DNA of 63,778 nt, filler included, from Lama guanicoe (lineage: Eukaryota): NCBI GenBank assembly GCA_013239625.1. It is 189 parts of 189 records of this genome, joined end to end, with 100 filler letters (N's around TTAATTAATTAA, not from the genome) between each part and the next. Parts side by side here need not be neighbours in the genome. Positions count along the whole stretch, not along the records: positions 22,984 to 23,221 come from PNXV01045814.1; positions 23,322 to 23,559 come from PNXV01045815.1; positions 23,660 to 23,897 come from PNXV01045816.1; positions 23,998 to 24,235 come from PNXV01045817.1; positions 24,336 to 24,573 come from PNXV01045818.1; positions 24,674 to 24,911 come from PNXV01045819.1; positions 25,012 to 25,249 come from PNXV01045820.1; positions 25,350 to 25,587 come from PNXV01045821.1; 181 more parts are not named here. One strand, given 5' to 3'. A model generated the notes under the pieces. It saw only the letters and a list, made by a program, of their open reading frames with translations, did no database searches and was not told the origin of the DNA. How positions within the stretch are numbered: position 1 is the first letter of the stretch; each line of letters opens with the position of its first letter. A program made the translations under genes and the position numbers. Positions 22,884 through 35,389 of the stretch are shown piece by piece.

Positions 22884-25800
22884 NNNNNNNNNNNNNNNNN
22901 NNNNNNNNNNNNNNNNNNNNNNNNNNNTTAATTAATTAANNNNNNNNNNNNNNNNNNNNNNNNNNNNNNNNNNNNNNNNNNNNGCACAATTGCTTTGGTG
23001 AAGAATTTGGTACTGCCGGCTAAAGTTAAAGGTACACATAGAAATGCACACTTAGAAGAAGTATGTGCTTTTGCCAGACTTCGCGATCCGCGGCCAAGAT
23101 CTTCTTCCAAAGGAGGACCTGCCGCTCAAGTGAAGTCAGCAAGAAGCGGCGCACGGCCGGCGTCTTCATTATACGCTTCAGCTGCGGAGAGCGTCGGCCA
23201 AGGCGCGCCCCTTCCGGGGTANNNNNNNNNNNNNNNNNNNNNNNNNNNNNNNNNNNNNNNNNNNNTTAATTAATTAANNNNNNNNNNNNNNNNNNNNNNN
23301 NNNNNNNNNNNNNNNNNNNNNTACAACAGTCAGAAGGCAGTGGCAAGACATATTCAATTCCTGAATGAAAAAAGCTGTAATCTAAGATAATATATCAAGC
23401 AAGGCTATCTTTTAGAATAGGAGGAGAGGTAAATAACTTCCACAGAAGCAAATAGTAAAGAATTAAGCAAGAGAAAAAGAAATAATGAAAGATCAACTCT
23501 ATATAAAAAGGAAGCAGGATGCTATAGAAAAGAGAAAGGCATAATTAGAAAGGGAATAGNNNNNNNNNNNNNNNNNNNNNNNNNNNNNNNNNNNNNNNNN
23601 NNNTTAATTAATTAANNNNNNNNNNNNNNNNNNNNNNNNNNNNNNNNNNNNNNNNNNNNCAACAAGGAATCAAATAGAGCAGGGCACGCGGCCACTGGTC
23701 TGGCATCCGGAGCCCTACCTCACTTCCTACAGAAGAGAATTAAGAGTTTGAGGAAAGCAGGAGGGTGCTGGGGACGTGCTGGGAGGCCCACGTGTGCCTG
23801 AGGTGGAGCAGACCTCATTTGTACCAGAAGAGATGAGAATTTAGGAGAAGACCTCCGAAAAAGTCTGGCTTCGGGATGGAAGAGTGGCTCCTGAGCCNNN
23901 NNNNNNNNNNNNNNNNNNNNNNNNNNNNNNNNNNNNNNNNNTTAATTAATTAANNNNNNNNNNNNNNNNNNNNNNNNNNNNNNNNNNNNNNNNNNNNTCA
24001 CCCTGACACCTGACCTCATCCCAGCCCAAATCCTATTGTGTATCTCATATCTCAGCCCCAGGGTGTCTGCCTCAGAGCTCTGGGTTGGCACGGTGTGACC
24101 AAGGCAGCAGAAGGGGAACTGGAGAGGTTTTCAAGAGGCCTGCTGCCCCGTTATGGATGGTAAAAGGGAAGGTCTGACTCCCCACAGGATCCCCAGGCCA
24201 GTGCTGGCTGGTTCCCAGTCCTGAAAATGATGTGANNNNNNNNNNNNNNNNNNNNNNNNNNNNNNNNNNNNNNNNNNNNTTAATTAATTAANNNNNNNNN
24301 NNNNNNNNNNNNNNNNNNNNNNNNNNNNNNNNNNNCAGAGCTTGTTATTCCACCGTATATTATGAGAATGGCATAAGAATCTGACATGACTAAGGAATAA
24401 TACATGTGATGGTGATTGAAAGTGAAGATGGCATAATTTTAGGTGAAAGAGTGGCATAAATGACCCTTCTGACACTTAAGTTTTGTAGAAATTACAGAGT
24501 ATTGTGATATGTGCAAAGGATACGTTTCAGCAAATGATACCATCAAGCATCAGCCTGGAAATGTTCCTTGTACNNNNNNNNNNNNNNNNNNNNNNNNNNN
24601 NNNNNNNNNNNNNNNNNTTAATTAATTAANNNNNNNNNNNNNNNNNNNNNNNNNNNNNNNNNNNNNNNNNNNNATTATGGATTTATGCGTTTTCTTTAAA
24701 AGTAGGTTACCAAATCCTTGAGGCAAGAACATTCATCTTTATCCCCCTAGAGGACAGTACCGGAGACACCCAGCACATAGTTGTTGCTTGTTTTGATTTT
24801 AGAAAAGAAGGAGGCAAAATGGGATCAAGTGGCCTTGAAGTGGCAGGAACTTCATAGAATTTTCTCAAGTCCAATAAAAAAGTAAAATGGTTTTCTTCAG
24901 TTGGTTGCAATNNNNNNNNNNNNNNNNNNNNNNNNNNNNNNNNNNNNNNNNNNNNTTAATTAATTAANNNNNNNNNNNNNNNNNNNNNNNNNNNNNNNNN
25001 NNNNNNNNNNNGTAGGTTTCCTGATTTCACACCCTGCCTGATGTGCTGAATAAGTGTCCCAAAAAACCTCTTCTTGCTTAGCCCAAGATGTTAATTCAGA
25101 TATGTGGCCTCCTTTCCTGGGAGAAGTGGCTATTTTGTTTTGTTTTTCCTCTGTACAGAGGGGCCCAAAAAGTCAATTTAACCAAGGTTTGAAGCCAAAT
25201 GATAGTTGGAGAAGAATATATTCATTGGTTAACATACCTCATTTGAAAANNNNNNNNNNNNNNNNNNNNNNNNNNNNNNNNNNNNNNNNNNNNTTAATTA
25301 ATTAANNNNNNNNNNNNNNNNNNNNNNNNNNNNNNNNNNNNNNNNNNNNCCCCCCCAACCACCATATTTCTTATTTACCTGCTGCCTCTCCCATGATGGT
25401 TTTTTTTCCTGTTGATTTGTAGTTTTTGTTTCTAAGCTCATTTCAGTGAGGAAGGGTTGTTATTTCAAATGAATGTCATGCACTCTGAGTTGAAAGAATT
25501 TCTAAAACAGTGTTGTTAGATTTAATTCTTGCTGAATTGTAAGCATTTCAGGAGAATTTAACCAGGTTCTCTATTGAGGAATTTTTTNNNNNNNNNNNNN
25601 NNNNNNNNNNNNNNNNNNNNNNNNNNNNNNNTTAATTAATTAANNNNNNNNNNNNNNNNNNNNNNNNNNNNNNNNNNNNNNNNNNNNGTATTTCTCTATG
25701 TTGCAGCAGATCAGATTTCTTTCTCGCTTTTTTTTTTCCCCAAATAATCTTCAGATAATCTCAATTAAATAATCTTTCTTTGATGTGTAGCATTATTTTG

Positions 25801-26390
25801 GTCCATTGCTCTCTGGTAGAAGAGTGATATTCTAATAACAATATTATCTCTTTTTTTTCTTTTTACATTAAATACTCTGTTTCTGAAATTATCAAATGTT
25901 TAATTAAATATAAAACAATTAAAACNNNNNNNNNNNNNNNNNNNNNNNNNNNNNNNNNNNNNNNNNNNNTTAATTAATTAANNNNNNNNNNNNNNNNNNN
26001 NNNNNNNNNNNNNNNNNNNNNNNNNGCTGTTCTGTGTTCGCAGGGAGTCAGGGAACAGCAGCTGGGAGATCCCATGGGCCTCCAAGGCCGAGGCAGGCAC
26101 CTATGAGTGCACAGCGATCAGCAGGGCTGGGACCCGACGAGCAAAGACCCAGACTGTCGTCACAGGTCTGTCCCTTTGGGCCCATCTGCATATACCCTCC
26201 CTACCCTCTTCCTGGTTCTCCCTCTAGGATTTCCTCCCAGGGTTTCTCCATCCATGAGCGAGCNNNNNNNNNNNNNNNNNNNNNNNNNNNNNNNNNNNNN
26301 NNNNNNNTTAATTAATTAANNNNNNNNNNNNNNNNNNNNNNNNNNNNNNNNNNNNNNNNNNNNTGTACCACAGCCCTCTGCGGTGAATAC

Positions 26391-26495
26391 TTTTATTGTT
26401 ACCATTTTATAAGTGAGGAAATGGAGACTGAGAAGCAGCTAAGCGTTCTGCCCGAGGTCACGTAAGCGCGAGAGCCAGGCTGGTCCCAGACCCGC
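26391..26495 (-). mobile_element. MIR SINE core
   Basis: ccattttataagtgaggaaatggagactgag...tgcccgaggtcac resembles the MIR core motif. Confidence 0.75.
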
Positions 26496-29400
26496 GGACT
26501 CTGCACCCTCTGGGTCTCACTGGGACGAAGCTGGCAGCGGCTGGGATGCTCCGGCCTCCGGCTCTTGGTGGCAGTTCCCACTCCTGCTGCTTGTCTCCCT
26601 CNNNNNNNNNNNNNNNNNNNNNNNNNNNNNNNNNNNNNNNNNNNNTTAATTAATTAANNNNNNNNNNNNNNNNNNNNNNNNNNNNNNNNNNNNNNNNNNN
26701 NTATATGACTGTTAGTACTTTTCATTCAAAAGCCACTTGTTCAGTATCTACGCAGCAGGCAACACAGCAGAGAAAGCCCAAGGGCTCTGGGTGCTCACCT
26801 CCCTGTGGCTGACACACGTGTGACCCCAGGCAAGTCCCATCACCCCCCTTCCAGAGCCTGACTTGCCCCTCTGTGAGGTCCCAGGAGAACAGGGGCTTTG
26901 ATGGACTGACAGTGATAATGTAAAGTGTCTGGCCCATAGNNNNNNNNNNNNNNNNNNNNNNNNNNNNNNNNNNNNNNNNNNNNTTAATTAATTAANNNNN
27001 NNNNNNNNNNNNNNNNNNNNNNNNNNNNNNNNNNNNNNNGCAGACCTGCCTTAAATTATCCAGACCAGGCCCTAAAACCCTTTCAATATCCTTCTCTGAT
27101 TTCTCCATCTTCAGATAACACCGAGACCCTTGTCGGAGCGATATTCTTCCTCCCTGCAGAAAGTCTAATAAATTCAACTCAACTTGATAACAGTCTCTGA
27201 CTTACCGAACTTAAACTTTCCCTCATCGCATTGTGTTCACTTTACTTTTCTCTGCCCGTTCTTCAGTTTGTTCCACANNNNNNNNNNNNNNNNNNNNNNN
27301 NNNNNNNNNNNNNNNNNNNNNTTAATTAATTAANNNNNNNNNNNNNNNNNNNNNNNNNNNNNNNNNNNNNNNNNNNNTCAGAGCAGAAACCAGCTGTCAA
27401 GCGCGCTCTGTCTCAGGCGTCCCCTTGACGTGCCCAGGTTTCTTCTTTGCGATTTTAGGCGGAGTCATGTCTCCAGTGGCCAGGGGTCCGGGGCGGCCTC
27501 AGGGCAGGGGCCACACACGAGGAGCGTCTCGGCCAACCCGCCGGCGACCGCAGCGGCCCTCCAGCTCGAGACCTCGGGTCGCCCCGCATGTCCTGCTCCA
27601 GGCTCCCAGAGCTGGNNNNNNNNNNNNNNNNNNNNNNNNNNNNNNNNNNNNNNNNNNNNTTAATTAATTAANNNNNNNNNNNNNNNNNNNNNNNNNNNNN
27701 NNNNNNNNNNNNNNNTAGTTATGTTTCCCAACCTCAGAGAAGTAGCCCTCTGTGGGTCTCGAGACATCCTGTGGGTCCTAGTGGTGCACACCCCTTTTGT
27801 CACCCAGGCTATACGCCCTAGGGGTTCACCTCAAGAGGGCTGAGTGGGTCTGTCTGTTGTGGTGGGCTGACTGTGGGGGTGGTCTGGGAGGAATGGTACA
27901 CCCTTAGTCTGGTTGGTTGCCAGGCACTGCCTTGTGTGGATGCTGCTGGCTGCNNNNNNNNNNNNNNNNNNNNNNNNNNNNNNNNNNNNNNNNNNNNTTA
28001 ATTAATTAANNNNNNNNNNNNNNNNNNNNNNNNNNNNNNNNNNNNNNNNNNNNAAGGTCTTTTCAAACAGAAGATGCAAAATGTGCTGGTGCCTAGAAGG
28101 CTAAGATCATCTGGCATGTTCTGAAAGTTGTGTTTAGTTCTTTTGGTTTGGAGAGTTGGGTATCAGAGGGCTGAGGATACAAAACTCTTCTTGTCTCCAC
28201 TGGAATTAGTTTGGGAATTAATTGAGCTTTTACAGACAGCAACAGGTGGAGATATTCCAGAAAAGGGCTGGAAAATCAAGTGAAAGCAGGGNNNNNNNNN
28301 NNNNNNNNNNNNNNNNNNNNNNNNNNNNNNNNNNNTTAATTAATTAANNNNNNNNNNNNNNNNNNNNNNNNNNNNNNNNNNNNNNNNNNNNACTTCCGGT
28401 ATTTGGAATGCTCAACTGTATCATTGAGGTGAGGTGATCGGAGAAAACAACATCGTATTTAATTTCTGAAGTAGACCCTCTAGTTTTCGGTGAAAACCAA
28501 ACCATATTTTCCCTTGGGTCTTCTCTGTTTAAACATAAACAGAAAATTTACTGTTTCCTGCGGAATTTTTTAGACTCTTATGTTCTGAACATTTTTTAGG
28601 GAAGATAATTGTTCTATTTCTTTTTTTTTNNNNNNNNNNNNNNNNNNNNNNNNNNNNNNNNNNNNNNNNNNNNTTAATTAATTAANNNNNNNNNNNNNNN
28701 NNNNNNNNNNNNNNNNNNNNNNNNNNNNNTTGCCCACTCAATGTTCTTCAAATGGACATGGAGCAGAGTGAGGTGAGGTGCTTCAAGACTGAATAAAGTA
28801 AGACTACGGAGAAGTCATTTTCAAGCGCTCAGCAGCATCCCGGCGGCACTAAAAGGCGGAATTAACAAACAAGCCATTCCCTGTTCTTGTCCTCCCAATA
28901 AACTGGTGGAAAACCCCCAATTTCAACCTGAAAAGGTTGAGAGAAAAAGTGAGTAGGTCCTTGTTTTNNNNNNNNNNNNNNNNNNNNNNNNNNNNNNNNN
29001 NNNNNNNNNNNTTAATTAATTAANNNNNNNNNNNNNNNNNNNNNNNNNNNNNNNNNNNNNNNNNNNNGGATTAATCAATAAGATGCCAGGGAAGTGAGGA
29101 CCATCCTTGAGGACGTGGGCAGAGGTTAGGGCCGTGCTCTCGTCACTGCAGGACTGTTGGGGCTGCGGGAAACCCCGACTCTGCAGGGCTGGACAGGACA
29201 CTGAGGAAGGACCCTGCCACCCCAGGAGCTTGTCTTCTCTGGGGAGACTGGGAATCCATACATATACATATTTCTAATATATAGACATTTAAGATATAGT
29301 TACCANNNNNNNNNNNNNNNNNNNNNNNNNNNNNNNNNNNNNNNNNNNNTTAATTAATTAANNNNNNNNNNNNNNNNNNNNNNNNNNNNNNNNNNNNNNN

Positions 29401-30081
29401 NNNNNGATACCCGATTTCCTTGAGACACTACCAACCATGGAATTGCTTTGTTTGGTCTCATTTTTGAACTGTTCAGTAACTCTTCTTGACATGCTTTGTT
29501 TAATCCAGCAGTAGGTGAGATTCATCCACACCAATGTGTATAGCTGTCAATGCTGTATCATATCCCACTGCACATATATACCACAATTTATTAATTCTTC
29601 AGTTGGTGAACCTTGGGAGATATTTCCTGGGCTTTGCTCCAAANNNNNNNNNNNNNNNNNNNNNNNNNNNNNNNNNNNNNNNNNNNNTTAATTAATTAAN
29701 NNNNNNNNNNNNNNNNNNNNNNNNNNNNNNNNNNNNNNNNNNNACACACTCACCCCCTTACCCTTCCTAAGTTATTCACTGGCATAATGCATCTGAGATT
29801 AGAAAAGAGTTTGTAGACCGAATACATAGATCCTGGACTTTTGCCTCATGGAGACTTGGGGAGCAAATGCAACAACAGGAAATAACTACTCAGTTTCTGC
29901 AGAGTTTGATAAGGTAAACCTCGCACCCAAGTAGGGAACGTGTTGCAATGGATGTCACCAAACAATCCAAGAACTAACGTTNNNNNNNNNNNNNNNNNNN
30001 NNNNNNNNNNNNNNNNNNNNNNNNNTTAATTAATTAANNNNNNNNNNNNNNNNNNNNNNNNNNNNNNNNNNNNNNNNNNNN

Positions 30082-30319
30082 TATGTACATCCTAGTGTTC
30101 ATAGCAGCACTATTTACAATGGTCAAGATATGGAAGCAACCTAAGTGTCCATCAGCAGTTGACTGGATAAAGATGTTGGGGTATATTTATACAATGGAAT
30201 ACTACTTAGCCATAAAAAGAATGAAATAGTGCCATTTGCAGCAATACGGATGGACCTAGAGATTAACATGCTAAGTAAAGTAAGTCAGAGAAAGAGAAAT
30301 ATATGATATCACCTATATG
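30082..30319 (+). mobile_element. L1 ORF2 end / 3'UTR
   Basis: gttcatagcagcactatttacaat...tggaagcaacctaagtgtccatca...atggacctagagatta. Confidence 0.96.
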
Positions 30320-30757
30320 NNNNNNNNNNNNNNNNNNNNNNNNNNNNNNNNNNNNNNNNNNNNTTAATTAATTAANNNNNNNNNNNNNNNNNNNNNNNNN
30401 NNNNNNNNNNNNNNNNNNNGCAGCTTGAGAGCGTTAGTAATATGAATGCTAACCAAGTTAGGGAAAAGGACACATGAAAACAGTTTGAACCTTTACAGGG
30501 ACCTGGAAAATATAAAAAGAGAACCACTCACCAGAGGGGTACGATGGCTAAAACTTAAAACACTGGAAGGGGCGAACAGGGCACTAGGTGGCACCGGAGA
30601 CCCCACGCGACCTGGAAGACAGAACCATGGGAATTACCCAGTCAGAACTACAAAAGGNNNNNNNNNNNNNNNNNNNNNNNNNNNNNNNNNNNNNNNNNNN
30701 NTTAATTAATTAANNNNNNNNNNNNNNNNNNNNNNNNNNNNNNNNNNNNNNNNNNNN

Positions 30758-30995
30758 GCCATTTGTATGTCTTCATTGGAGAATTGCTTGTTTAGGTTTT
30801 CTGCCCGTTTTTGGATTGGCTTGTTTGTGTTTTATTTTTTGTTGTTGTTATTGAATTGTATGAGCTGTTTATATGTATATTCTGGAAATTAAGCCTTTGT
30901 CAGTCATATCTTTTGCAAATATTGTCTCCCTTTCCATAGGCTGTCATTTTGTTTTGCTTATGGTTTCCTTTGCTGTGTAAAAACTTTTAAGTTTA
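30758..30995 (-). mobile_element. L1 ORF2 fragment
   Basis: gccatttgtatgtcttcattggagaa...tttgcaaatatt...atggtttcctttgctgtg. Confidence 0.94.
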
Positions 30996-32109
30996 NNNNN
31001 NNNNNNNNNNNNNNNNNNNNNNNNNNNNNNNNNNNNNNNTTAATTAATTAANNNNNNNNNNNNNNNNNNNNNNNNNNNNNNNNNNNNNNNNNNNNGGCAT
31101 GTCTTCCATTGTCCAGTGAGGAGGAAGTTTGTGGAAGCCAGGCAGTATTTGTGCCTGAAGTCCTGTCTTTGTTCTGCATTTTTTCTGGGCTTGACATTTG
31201 TCCTGGGCCCAACCTGGATCAGCTGCCATCACAGGAAACTTAGGGGTGGCTGTGGATACAGGCTGAGAAGGGACAGGATTCCAAATGGGTTGAAGAGAAG
31301 CAACTGCCCATCAGAACAAACCAAGACTTGCTGNNNNNNNNNNNNNNNNNNNNNNNNNNNNNNNNNNNNNNNNNNNNTTAATTAATTAANNNNNNNNNNN
31401 NNNNNNNNNNNNNNNNNNNNNNNNNNNNNNNNNGGGCCCTGCAACCAGACCCCAAGACCCAGCTCTGCCCACCAGTAGGCTGTCATGAGCCCAGGACTAC
31501 CAGTGGGTGGGCAATAGCCCTGGGATCTCCTTGACCCTGACTCCACCCATCAGTAACCCAACACTACCCCCCGGGCCCCCAAGGATTCCACAGTCAACCA
31601 CCTCCTGATCATGTTCCACCAACCAGTGATTTGGTAACTAACAGGACTAGGGGTCAACCAAACCTACAAGGNNNNNNNNNNNNNNNNNNNNNNNNNNNNN
31701 NNNNNNNNNNNNNNNTTAATTAATTAANNNNNNNNNNNNNNNNNNNNNNNNNNNNNNNNNNNNNNNNNNNNGGGCATTTGTTTTTTCCCCATGATAATTC
31801 TGTGTGTCCTTGGTGCCTGTTTGAGGATTGAAATAGAGGGGAAGAGTGCGCTTGTGACCAGCAATATTAATTTTGTCTGTACCTTCCTGTTTGTATCCCC
31901 AAACGGGGAAAAAGCTAGTGTGGTAGATTTTAAAAGTGTAATTTAGGGATCAGACGAACCTGAATTTTTATTCCATTCTGTCATTTACTAGCACCAGGAC
32001 TTTGAAAAANNNNNNNNNNNNNNNNNNNNNNNNNNNNNNNNNNNNNNNNNNNNTTAATTAATTAANNNNNNNNNNNNNNNNNNNNNNNNNNNNNNNNNNN
32101 NNNNNNNNN

Positions 32110-32347
32110 GAATGAGAGAAAATATTTGCAAATCATGTATCTAATAAGGGTGTAGTAATCAGAATATATGCAGGACACTTATAATTAAATAATAAAAAGA
32201 CAAACAACCCAATTTTAAAATGTACAAAGGATTTGAATAGACATTGCCACAAAGAAGGTATAAAAATGGCCACTAAGGATGTGAAAAGATGCTCAACGTC
32301 ATTAGTCATTAGGAGAATGCAAATTAAAACCAGAATGAGATACCACT
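32110..32347 (+). mobile_element. Older L1 (L1M-type) ORF2 fragment
   Basis: gagaaaatatttgcaaatcatgtatct...gaaaagatgctcaacgtcattagtcattagg...gagataccact. Confidence 0.93.
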
Positions 32348-33123
32348 NNNNNNNNNNNNNNNNNNNNNNNNNNNNNNNNNNNNNNNNNNNNTTAATTAAT
32401 TAANNNNNNNNNNNNNNNNNNNNNNNNNNNNNNNNNNNNNNNNNNNNTTTTTTCAATATATTTCCACAATTGTGCCAACATGCAAGTAGCTTGTAAAAAA
32501 CATCATGTTATAAATCTCATTAAACACTTCACTGTGTGCACTGCAGGATATGAGTAGAATCTTACAATTCTGCAGCTGTTGTAGGCATGTTTTATTTAAA
32601 ATAGATAATAAGCATATTTTGGCCTCTTTCTTGATTATTTAAAAACAAGTGAGAGAATTCTGTTTCTAATTGTGTTAAATATACANNNNNNNNNNNNNNN
32701 NNNNNNNNNNNNNNNNNNNNNNNNNNNNNTTAATTAATTAANNNNNNNNNNNNNNNNNNNNNNNNNNNNNNNNNNNNNNNNNNNNATTTGCATGTTTAAT
32801 TCAGAAGTGATTATTGTCAGTCCTCTGCTTTGTCGTATTTCGATACCAATGTTGGCTAGCTTTCATTGAGACTGTTTTGATTTTCTTATCTTTGTTTTGC
32901 AGTAGCTTTATAAGAAGACTTAACTATTACTTTCAAATTTGTACGAATACATCAGTAATTCTCTAAATCTCTGTCTTGATTGAGAAGTAAGTGGTAGCCT
33001 TTAATTCTCATTTCTTTCATGCANNNNNNNNNNNNNNNNNNNNNNNNNNNNNNNNNNNNNNNNNNNNTTAATTAATTAANNNNNNNNNNNNNNNNNNNNN
33101 NNNNNNNNNNNNNNNNNNNNNNN

Positions 33124-33361
33124 TATCTGCTAATCCCAAACTCCTAATTTATCCCTCCTCCATCCCCTTTCCTTTTTGGTAACCGTAAGTTTATTTTCAA
33201 TGTTTGTGAGTCTGTTTCTCTTTTGTAATTAAGTTCATTTGTCACAGGGAACTGTATTAAGTATCTTGTAATAACCTATAATGAAAAAGAATATGACAAA
33301 GAATGTATATACATGTATGTATAACTGAATCACTAGGCTGTACACCAGAAACTAACACAAC
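33124..33361. mobile_element. L1 3'UTR with internal inversion junction (about 33242/33243)
   Basis: 33124-33242 is antisense 3'UTR (tatctgctaatcccaaactcctaatttatccc...aagttcatttgt). 33243-33361 is sense downstream 3'UTR (cacagggaactgtatt...tgtacaccagaaactaacacaac). Confidence 0.88.
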
Positions 33362-35151
33362 NNNNNNNNNNNNNNNNNNNNNNNNNNNNNNNNNNNNNNN
33401 NNNNNTTAATTAATTAANNNNNNNNNNNNNNNNNNNNNNNNNNNNNNNNNNNNNNNNNNNNCCACATTTAAGTGATGCAATATGGTATTTTGTAAAGGGG
33501 TTGGGAAGGGATAAATTGGGAATTCGAAATTTGCCCCTCTTGGAGAGTGATGGAAATGTTAGCTGTCGTGATTGTGGTGCTGGTTTCATTGGTGTATACA
33601 TCCTTCAGAATTCATCAAATTGTACATCTGAAATATGTGTGGTTTACTATATAGGAATCATACCACAATAAAAGTGTTAAAAATCCATTAAAAAAAAAAN
33701 NNNNNNNNNNNNNNNNNNNNNNNNNNNNNNNNNNNNNNNNNNNTTAATTAATTAANNNNNNNNNNNNNNNNNNNNNNNNNNNNNNNNNNNNNNNNNNNNT
33801 GCTGGCACCAAACTCAGTTTCATAATTGACAGCATGACCCTGAGCAGGAAAGAACTTCTTGACCACCAGGCCAGGGGCTTTGATTCAGTTAGAGCTCCAA
33901 GGTTGGAGGTCAGGGTTGGGGCTCACATTTAACTTGTTAACAGGACGACTATTTTTGTTAAGCACAATTTCCTGTGCCAGGCACTTTTGAAGGCAAGAAC
34001 TACAAAGAGCTTTGGGCACACAAGGATTTCATTCAAANNNNNNNNNNNNNNNNNNNNNNNNNNNNNNNNNNNNNNNNNNNNTTAATTAATTAANNNNNNN
34101 NNNNNNNNNNNNNNNNNNNNNNNNNNNNNNNNNNNNNTATATGCATAATGTTTACAAAGCAAAAAAACAAAGCATTATATAGGGATATAAGGGAATCTGG
34201 CGGGGGGAGGGTGGGAATGAGACATTCCATGTCACTAAAAAGACTTAATATAACAAAGATATAAAAGACCTCAAAATAAATGTATAAATTTAAGGCAATT
34301 CAAATAAAACTTTCTAACAATTTTGATAAGAATTTGAGGGTAATAATCCTATAGTTCATATGAGTATATACAAAANNNNNNNNNNNNNNNNNNNNNNNNN
34401 NNNNNNNNNNNNNNNNNNNTTAATTAATTAANNNNNNNNNNNNNNNNNNNNNNNNNNNNNNNNNNNNNNNNNNNNCTGTTGGCGCCCTTGTCTGTGCTGC
34501 TCCCAGTGGCTGTTGGCTAGCAGATCACACCCCCTCCCAACACTGGGCCAGGTGCTGAGCTCTTACTCAGTCGGTGGGCGTGCGGGTCTCTCCCCCTCCT
34601 GATGGTGCAGTCAGATGCTACTCTCCGGGGAGGCAGGTGGGTGGATCACGCCCCCTCCCAGCACCGTGGTCTGGTACTGCTTTCCTGCCGGGAAAGCACG
34701 TTACCACCTGCCCNNNNNNNNNNNNNNNNNNNNNNNNNNNNNNNNNNNNNNNNNNNNTTAATTAATTAANNNNNNNNNNNNNNNNNNNNNNNNNNNNNNN
34801 NNNNNNNNNNNNNCTCCCAAAGACAAAGATCTTAAAAACTGGAGATGGTAAAAATACAGTTTCAAACACATGGTACCCTTTACTGCACTACCAAGCTCCA
34901 TGCTGAGTTGGCAGCCTCGACGTATTAGAAAAAATGGCCCAGAAATGTATGGAGTTCCCCTCTTTCCTCAGAGTCAGAGTCACTGAAACAGGGGTGCTCG
35001 GGCACTCAGCCCACTGTGCTCACTCTGGGATGGTTGTGAAAAAACTGACTTNNNNNNNNNNNNNNNNNNNNNNNNNNNNNNNNNNNNNNNNNNNNTTAAT
35101 TAATTAANNNNNNNNNNNNNNNNNNNNNNNNNNNNNNNNNNNNNNNNNNNN

Positions 35152-35389
35152 CCTTATTTCTAATATATATAGTATATATATTATATATACTATATATATT
35201 ATATATAGTATATTATATATACTATATATATACAGTATATATATTATATATACTATATATATAGTATATATATTATATATATATACTATATATATTATAT
35301 ATACTATATATATTTATATATATAGTATATTATATATACTATAAATTATATTTATATTTATAAATATAAATAAATTCCTTATTTCTAAT
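35152..35389. repeat. AT-rich (TA)n-derived array bounded by a 13-bp direct repeat
   Basis: ccttatttctaat occurs at 35152-35164 and 35377-35389. The interior is built from tatatagtatata and tatatactatata units. Confidence 0.95.

Noticed and set aside
23114..23126. 13-mer ggacctgccgctc shared with the minus strand of contig 36504-36741
   Set aside because: There is no extension on either side, and 13-mer matches are expected by chance in about 45 kb compared on both strands.
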